Source of the DNA: Nannocystis radixulma | GTDB taxonomy: Bacteria; Myxococcota_A; Polyangia; Nannocystales; Nannocystaceae | Assembly: GCF_028369095.1 (NCBI RefSeq) | Contig: NZ_JAQNDN010000024.1 | Coordinates: forward strand, 757,253-821,252 | Reading direction: 5' to 3' | DNA: 64,000 nt | In this document: piece after piece, positions 58,260 through 64,000 of the stretch | Layout: every line of letters starts with the position of its first letter | How positions within the stretch are numbered: position 1 is the stretch's first letter | Position numbers and translations under genes: made by a program | Notes under the pieces: generated by a model | Databases searched by the model: none | What the model saw: the letters and a program-made list of their open reading frames with translations, nothing else | Told to the model about the DNA's origin: nothing

Positions 58260-60110
58260 ATGTCTCAACGTTCATCCTACTCCACGATCCCGCTCGTCAC
58301 TGCCGCTGCGCTGGCTCTGCTGGCCGGCGGCGCCTGCAAGACCGTCGTCCTTCCGGGTGACAGCGGCGGCGGCGGCGAGACCGAGAGCACCGACGGGCCC
58401 GGGCCGGGCACCGACGGCGTCGGCACCACCGACAGCGCCACCGGCGGCGAGCAGCCGGGCGACGCCAACTGTGGCGAGCTGTCGGCCAAGACGCTCGACA
58501 TCCTCGACGTCAACTGCTCGAAGTGTCACGGGCCCGACAGCGCCGCGCTCGGCAGCATCAACTACATCACCAACCTCGACGCGCTGATCTCGAACGGCAA
58601 GGTCGTCCCCGGCGAGCCCAACAACTCGGCGCTCTACCGCCGCATGAGCGCCGAGATGGCCCCGATGCCGCCCGAGAGCGAGACCCAGCGCCCGAGCGAG
58701 GACGACATCCGCGCGGTCGAGCAGTGGATCGGCGAGTGCGCCGGCGTCACCGGCTGCGCCGAGAACCCGTGGATGACGCGCACGCAGGTCATCGACCTGA
58801 TCCGCAACGACCTCCTGAACACCCAGGAGATCTCGGCCGACGCGCGGCCCTTCATCCGCTACTTCAGCCTGGTGCACCTCTACAACTACGGCTGGTGTAA
58901 GGAGGAGATCGACATCTACCGCCACGCGCTGTCGAAGCTGGCCAACAGCCTGTCGAACGAGATCAAGGTCGTGGCGCCGGTGCCGATCGATGCGGACCAG
59001 CTGATCTTCCGCATCGACATCCGCGACTACGACTGGGATGCCCCCGGCCAGGTGCTCGACACCGAGACGGGCACGTTCAGCGAGCAGTTCAAGGACACCT
59101 GGGAGCTCATCGCGGCCAAGGACCCGTACGCGATCGAGTTCATCGGCGACAGCGCCGAGGACGTGAAGCAGGCCACGGGCACCAAGTTCTTCCTGCTGCA
59201 AGCCGACGCGTTCGTCGAGGTCGCCGCCCAGCCGCCGCTCTACCACGACGTCCTGCGGATCCCGCTGACCCGCCAGGAGCTCGAGGCCAGCTTCGGCATC
59301 GACGTCGACTTCAACATCCAGGAGGAGATCGACACCAACCCGAACCGGGTCGCGCGCGCCGCGTTCCACGAGTCGGGCGTGTCCGAGAACCACCGCGTGA
59401 TCGAGCGCCACGACTTCCCCAACGCCAGCAACCGCGTCTACTGGATCAGCTACGACTTCATCAGCAACGCCGGCGAAGCCAACGTGTTCGTCGACCCGTT
59501 CGACTTCCTCGAGGCCGGCAGCGAGATCATCTACAGCCTGCCGAACGGCCTCCAGGGCTACATGATCGTCGACAACAGCGGCCGCCGCATCGACGACGCG
59601 CCGATCCAGATCGTGCAGGACAAGAACGCGCCTGACGGCGTGGTCCGCAACGGCAAGTCGTGCATGGGCTGCCACAACGTCGGCATGATCAACAAGGAAG
59701 ACGACCTGCGCTGGGAGGTCGACCAGAACCTCGGCGAGGGCGACTTCGACGACGTCGAGCTCGACGCCATCCGCGCCCTCTACCCGCAGCGCGACGACTA
59801 CAACATCCTGCTCCAGCTCGACGCCGACCGCTTCAACCTCGCCGTCAAGGCCGCCGGCGTGCCGCTCGGCGGCAACAAGGAGCCGATCGTCACGGTGTTC
59901 AACGCCTTCGACGAGGACGTCGAGATCCGCCGCGCCGCCGCCGAGCTGTGGACCACCGAGTCGACGCTCCGCGAGAAGCTCGGTCAGCTCAGCCCCGACC
60001 TCGACGACCTCGGCAAGAGCCAGACCGGCGTCCGCCGCGACGTGTTCACGGCCGCCTACGCCGACGCGATCTGCCAGCTCAAGGTCGGCAAGACCAAGGC
60101 CTGCGAGTAA
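58260..60110 (+). CDS. Lipoprotein with two CxxCH motifs (putative dihaem c-type cytochrome)
   Basis: Internal ATG at 58260 after aggagca. Lipobox LLAGGACK, plus CSKCHG and CMGCHN. Confidence 0.7.
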   Translation: MSQRSSYSTIPLVTAAALALLAGGACKTVVLPGDSGGGGETESTDGPGPGTDGVGTTDSATGGEQPGDANCGELSAKTLDILDVNCSKCHGPDSAALGSINYITNLDALISNGKVVPGEPNNSALYRRMSAEMAPMPPESETQRPSEDDIRAVEQWIGECAGVTGCAENPWMTRTQVIDLIRNDLLNTQEISADARPFIRYFSLVHLYNYGWCKEEIDIYRHALSKLANSLSNEIKVVAPVPIDADQLIFRIDIRDYDWDAPGQVLDTETGTFSEQFKDTWELIAAKDPYAIEFIGDSAEDVKQATGTKFFLLQADAFVEVAAQPPLYHDVLRIPLTRQELEASFGIDVDFNIQEEIDTNPNRVARAAFHESGVSENHRVIERHDFPNASNRVYWISYDFISNAGEANVFVDPFDFLEAGSEIIYSLPNGLQGYMIVDNSGRRIDDAPIQIVQDKNAPDGVVRNGKSCMGCHNVGMINKEDDLRWEVDQNLGEGDFDDVELDAIRALYPQRDDYNILLQLDADRFNLAVKAAGVPLGGNKEPIVTVFNAFDEDVEIRRAAAELWTTESTLREKLGQLSPDLDDLGKSQTGVRRDVFTAAYADAICQLKVGKTKACE

Positions 60111-60328
60111 GATCCTCACCCACCACGAAGACCGCCCGGGCAGATCTGGCGACCTGCCCGGGCGGTTGCCTGTCTGCTCCTCGACATGTCCGAAAGGACA
60201 GCTGAGGGCGCCGCCGCGAGGCGGGCCGGCGGGCCGTCGTTCGCGCCGGCGCGCCGGCAGGGGCGAGGGCGCTCGCGCGCGAGGTCGCGCTCGCCGGGCG
60301 AGACGGAGGTCGTGTACCGTGCTCAGCG

Positions 60329-63214
60329 GTGGGTGCCCCCTCGCCCGACGACACGCGCACCGGGCCCTCCGGTGTGGACCTGCTCGCGACCACCGACGGG
60401 CGCTCCCCGGCGCTCGACGTGACCGCCCGGGCCCGCCCGAGCGCGATCGAGGAGACGGCTCTGGCCCCGCCTGACCGCAAGGACAGCGTCACGGCCCAGC
60501 AGACCTCGGGCATCAGTGTGCGCGGCGCCGCGGCTGCGCTCGACGACTCGCTGGCGATCCGTCAGTCGCGCCGGATCGGCCGCTACGCGATCCTCAGCGA
60601 ACTCGGGGAGGGCGGCATGGGCGTCGTGCTGTCCGGCTACGACGAGGTGCTCGAGCGGCGCGTGGCGATCAAGCTCGTGCGCTCGCACCACCGCAACGAC
60701 GAGCGCCTGCAGGCGCGATTGTTGCGCGAGGCGCAGGCGCTGGCCCGCCTGTCGCACCCCAACGTGGTCCAGGTCTACGAGGCCGGCACGATCGGCGACG
60801 AGCTTTTCATCGCCATGGAGTTCGTCCGCGGCGTCACGCTGTCGGCCTGGCTCGACGACCGCGAGCGCAGCCCGCAGGACATCCTCACCGTGTTCGCCGA
60901 GGCCGGTCGCGGTCTGGCAGCGGCCCACCGCGTCGGCCTCACCCACCGCGACTTCAAGCCCGGCAACGTCCTCGTCGACCTCGAGGGCCGCGTCCGCGTG
61001 GTCGACTTCGGCCTGGCCGCGCTCGCCGAGCAGGCCGAGCGGTCCGAGGACGGCGAACTCGGCGGCGCGGCGCTCGAGCGCACCGCCTTCGTCGCCGGCA
61101 CGCCGGCGTACATGGCCCCGGAGCAATGGCTCGGAGGACAGGTCGACGCCCGCACCGATCAGTTCAGCTTCTGCGTCGCGCTGTGGGAGGCGCTGTGGGG
61201 CGTGCGGCCGTTCGCCGGCGAGACCGTCGACGAGCTGCGCGAACAGGTCCTGGTCGCCGATCTGCCCGAGCGCGGGCAGGTCGGCCCGCGCGTACCGCCG
61301 CGGCTGTACCGGGCGCTGTCCCGCGGCCTCGCGCGCGCCCCCGATGCGCGCTACTCGAGCATGGACGCGCTGCTGGCCGACCTCGCCGGGCCGCAGGTGC
61401 GAGCCCGCCACGCCGTGGTCGGCCTCGGCCTCGCCGTCGTGGTCGGCCTCGCCGCGGCCGCCTACAGCCTGCACGAGCCCGATCGCTGTGGCGGCGGCGA
61501 GGCCCGGCTGATCGGCGTGTGGGACCCGGCCCGCCGCGACGCCGCCGCCGACGCCTTCGAGGCCGCCGACGTCGACTTCGCCGACGAGGCGTGGACGCAG
61601 GTGGCCGCGCGCCTCGACGCTCGCGCCGACGCGATCGCGACCATGCACCGCGAGGCCTGCGAGGCCCACGCCCGCGGCGAGCAGTCGGAGCGCCTGCTCG
61701 ACCGCCGCATGGCCTGTCTTTCAAGACATGTCCATGAGGTCAAGGCGGTCACCGACCTGCTGGTCGCCGCCGACGCCGGCGTGGTCGAGCGGGCGGTCGA
61801 CGCCGTCACCGCGCTGCCGCCGGTCGAGCGCTGCGCCGACCTCCCGGTCCTGCAGGCCGAGCTGCCGCCGCCCGACGATCCCAACACCGCGCTCGCCGTC
61901 GACGCGGTGCGCCGCCAGCTCGCCAACGTCGCCGCGCTCGAGCACACCGGCCGCTACGAGGCCGGCCTGCTCGCCGCCGAGGCGGCCGTCGCCGCCGCCG
62001 AGGCCGCCGCCTACAGCCCGGTGGTCGCCGAGGCCCTGCTCGCGCGCGGGCGCCTGCTCGCGCTGGTGCACCGCGACGGCGAGGCCCACGTCAGCCTGAT
62101 GTCGGCCTTCACCACCGCCACCGCGAGCCACGAGGATGCGGTCGCCCGCGACGCCGCGGCCGCCCTGGTCGAGGCCCTCAACAGCCTCGGTCGCCTCGAT
62201 CACGCCGAGGTCTGGCTGCAGATCGCCACCGCCGCCCAGAGCCGCGCGCCCGACGACATCTCCGCCGCTTTCCTCGACTTCGCCCGCAGCAAGCTGCTGT
62301 GGTCGCTCGGGCGCTACGCCGAGTCCGAGGTCGCCATCGAGCGCAGCGTCGCCGCCTACGACGCCCTCCACGGCGCCGACAACCCCGACACCGCGCGCGC
62401 CCGCCAGTGGTTCGGCACCGCGCTGTGGGCCCGCCAGGAGTTCGCCCGCTCGCAAGCTGTCCTTCCGGACAGCCGCACCCGCCTCGAGCGGCTCTACGGC
62501 CCCGACCACCCCGAGGTCGCCGCCGCCCTGCGCTACGAGGGCAGCCTCTACTTCGTCCTCACCGACTTCGACGCCGCCCTGGCGACCTGGCGCCGCGGCC
62601 TCGACATCATCCGCCGCGCTCACGGCGAGGACGATCCGCTGGTGGTCGTGTTCCAGGGCAACATCGCCGCCGCGCTGGCCCGCAGCGGCCGCCCGGTCGA
62701 CGCCGTCGCCGCGTTCGAGGCGGTGGTGCGCTCGCTCGAGCGCCGCCTCGGCCCCGACCACATCGAGCTGTGCTCCCAGCTCGACAACCTCGGCGAGTCG
62801 TACCTCGGCGCCGGCCAGCTCGACCGCGCGCGCGAGGTGATCGACCGCTCGCTGGCGATCCGCCGCCGCGTGCTGGGCGAGAGCCACGCCGAGGTCGCGC
62901 GCTCGCTGCTCGGCCTCGGCGAGTGGGGCATCCGCGCCGGCGACCTCGCCACCGCGATCCCGGCGTTCGAGCGGGCCCTGGCGATCCGCGCCGGCACCGA
63001 CGTCCACGCCCTCCTGCGCGGCCGCGCCGAGTACGGCCTGGCCCGCGCGCTGTGGCTGTCCGACCGCGACCGCCCGCGCGCTCGCGTCGTCCTCGACCAG
63101 GCCGTCGCCACCTTCACGGCCCTGGGCCTCGCCGGCTCGATCGACCTCGCCGAGGCCGTCGCCTGGCGCGCCGCGCACGTGGAGGGCGCCGACGCCGTGG
63201 CGTCGCAGAAGTGA
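60329..63214 (+). CDS. Ser/Thr protein kinase with a long C-terminal TPR/helical repeat region
   Basis: [24 protein letters not shown] and APE. The C-terminal half has a periodic helical-repeat composition. The start at the 60329 GTG is uncertain. Confidence 0.85.
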   Translation: MGAPSPDDTRTGPSGVDLLATTDGRSPALDVTARARPSAIEETALAPPDRKDSVTAQQTSGISVRGAAAALDDSLAIRQSRRIGRYAILSELGEGGMGVVLSGYDEVLERRVAIKLVRSHHRNDERLQARLLREAQALARLSHPNVVQVYEAGTIGDELFIAMEFVRGVTLSAWLDDRERSPQDILTVFAEAGRGLAAAHRVGLTHRDFKPGNVLVDLEGRVRVVDFGLAALAEQAERSEDGELGGAALERTAFVAGTPAYMAPEQWLGGQVDARTDQFSFCVALWEALWGVRPFAGETVDELREQVLVADLPERGQVGPRVPPRLYRALSRGLARAPDARYSSMDALLADLAGPQVRARHAVVGLGLAVVVGLAAAAYSLHEPDRCGGGEARLIGVWDPARRDAAADAFEAADVDFADEAWTQVAARLDARADAIATMHREACEAHARGEQSERLLDRRMACLSRHVHEVKAVTDLLVAADAGVVERAVDAVTALPPVERCADLPVLQAELPPPDDPNTALAVDAVRRQLANVAALEHTGRYEAGLLAAEAAVAAAEAAAYSPVVAEALLARGRLLALVHRDGEAHVSLMSAFTTATASHEDAVARDAAAALVEALNSLGRLDHAEVWLQIATAAQSRAPDDISAAFLDFARSKLLWSLGRYAESEVAIERSVAAYDALHGADNPDTARARQWFGTALWARQEFARSQAVLPDSRTRLERLYGPDHPEVAAALRYEGSLYFVLTDFDAALATWRRGLDIIRRAHGEDDPLVVVFQGNIAAALARSGRPVDAVAAFEAVVRSLERRLGPDHIELCSQLDNLGESYLGAGQLDRAREVIDRSLAIRRRVLGESHAEVARSLLGLGEWGIRAGDLATAIPAFERALAIRAGTDVHALLRGRAEYGLARALWLSDRDRPRARVVLDQAVATFTALGLAGSIDLAEAVAWRAAHVEGADAVASQK

Positions 63215-63329
63215 GGCCCGCACATAAAACACCGACGAAGCGGCGCCAGAGATGCCTGAAAGGACATGTCGTGCGGCGCATGTCGGAGGCTGGCGGGCCC
63301 GAGGAGCTGCGCCCGCGGCGAGGCTCTCC

Positions 63330-63400
63330 GGGGCATGTCCGAATGGGAATGTCTCATCGAGCATGTCTCATTGGGCATGTCGTCACGGGCATGTCCTGAG
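63330..63400. repeat. Five perfect-phase 14-bp GGGCATGTC repeats upstream of the SDR gene
   Basis: gggcatgtccgaat gggaatgtctcatc gagcatgtctcatt gggcatgtcgtcac gggcatgtcctgag. Confidence 0.7.
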
Positions 63401-63478
63401 ATCCATCTCGCCGGCGTCCGGAGCGGACGGCCGAGGTCCCGCTGGCGCGCCGCCGCCGGCCGCGCTACCTTCGCCGCC

Positions 63479-64000
63479 ATGCGTCACGTCATCGTCTTCG
63501 GGGCCACCTCCGCGATCGCCGCCGAGGTGTGCGTGCGCTGGGCCGCCCGCGGCGATCGGCTCCACCTGGTCGGCCGCGATCCCGACAAGCTCGCGGCCGT
63601 GGCCGCCCGCTGCCGCGGCGCCGAGGTCACCACGGCCAGCGGCGAATTCACCGACCTCGCCCGCGCCGAGGCGCTCGCGCGCGAGGGCATCGCGGCGCTC
63701 GAGGGCCGCGTCGACCTCGTGTTCGTGGCCCACGGCGACCTCGGCGACCAGCAACGGAGCGAGCACGACGTCGCCGAGGCCGCGCGGATCGTGCAAGCCA
63801 ACTTCGTCTCGGTGCTGGCGCTGCTGATCCCGCTGGCCGACGCGCTCGAGCGCCAGCGCAGCGGCACGATCGCCGTCATCACCTCGGTCGCCGGCGAGCG
63901 CGGCCGCCCGCGCAACTACACCTACGGGGCCGCCAAGGGCGCGCTCCACGTGTACCTGCAGGGCCTGCGCAGCCGGCTGTGGCCGGCCGGCGTCACCGTC
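63479..64000 (+). CDS. Short-chain dehydrogenase/reductase, 5' portion; the gene continues beyond the window end
   Basis: ATG at 63479. VIVFGATSAIAAEV is a TGxxxGxG-like cofactor site, and Y…K lies in the …NYTYGAAKGAL region. Confidence 0.7.
   Translation, partial: MRHVIVFGATSAIAAEVCVRWAARGDRLHLVGRDPDKLAAVAARCRGAEVTTASGEFTDLARAEALAREGIAALEGRVDLVFVAHGDLGDQQRSEHDVAEAARIVQANFVSVLALLIPLADALERQRSGTIAVITSVAGERGRPRNYTYGAAKGALHVYLQGLRSRLWPAGVTV

Noticed and set aside
63330-63400. Regular short direct repeats considered as a CRISPR array
   Set aside because: The units are 14 bp with no separate spacers, far too short. There are no cas genes, and the same motif is dispersed throughout the window.

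Overview
The window is a very high-GC (visibly over 70%) chromosomal segment with dense, mostly non-overlapping coding on both strands. Gene content and style look like Myxococcota or a similar deltaproteobacterial lineage: many lipoproteins, TPR and WD40 Ser/Thr kinases, an ECF sigma factor, an AgmX/PglI-type C-terminal domain, and histone H1-like tails. I call about 45 CDS and find no rRNA, tRNA, transposase or CRISPR array. Because of the GC content, nearly every real gene has a long spurious antisense ORF in the six-frame track. Genes were chosen by protein plausibility (signal peptides, catalytic motifs, domain order) and by locating the internal start codon. Recognisable products include a two-vWA-domain membrane protein, two paralogous PF12810-type glycine-rich proteins, an alpha/beta hydrolase, a PAF-acetylhydrolase-like lipase lipoprotein, an FAD monooxygenase, a stand-alone threonyl-tRNA-synthetase catalytic core, an O-methyltransferase, an M16 peptidase pair, a PAS hybrid histidine kinase, a Glu/Leu/Phe/Val dehydrogenase, a DUF4259 protein followed by a bacterial major vault protein homologue, an HTTM-domain membrane protein, a ParA-like/TPR fusion, a GFA-family protein, a DUF1552/DUF1592 pair, MsrB, RsgA, a WG-repeat protein and a dihaem cytochrome c lipoprotein. 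The most unusual features are: (1) two paralogous cassettes, each a radical-SAM/SPASM maturase next to a paralogous small protein with an N-terminal CxxC…CxxC module, one transmembrane helix and a Thr/Ser/Gly-rich tail, one cassette lying beside an HTTM protein; (2) a short motif, (G)GACATGTC(C) and variants, repeated with a 14-bp phase in AT-richer arrays in nearly every intergenic region, mostly upstream of gene starts; (3) degenerate tandem repeat arrays that begin inside the last codons of a CDS and run into the downstream spacer, seen three independent times; (4) an inverted pair of ~200-bp repeats flanking a 6-kb four-gene segment, one copy carrying a perfect 24-bp-stem hairpin; (5) in-frame CTGTCC-N4-GGACAG palindromes encoding VPxD inside several CDS. 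Start coordinates that I derived by hand from the ORF track may be off by a few nucleotides.
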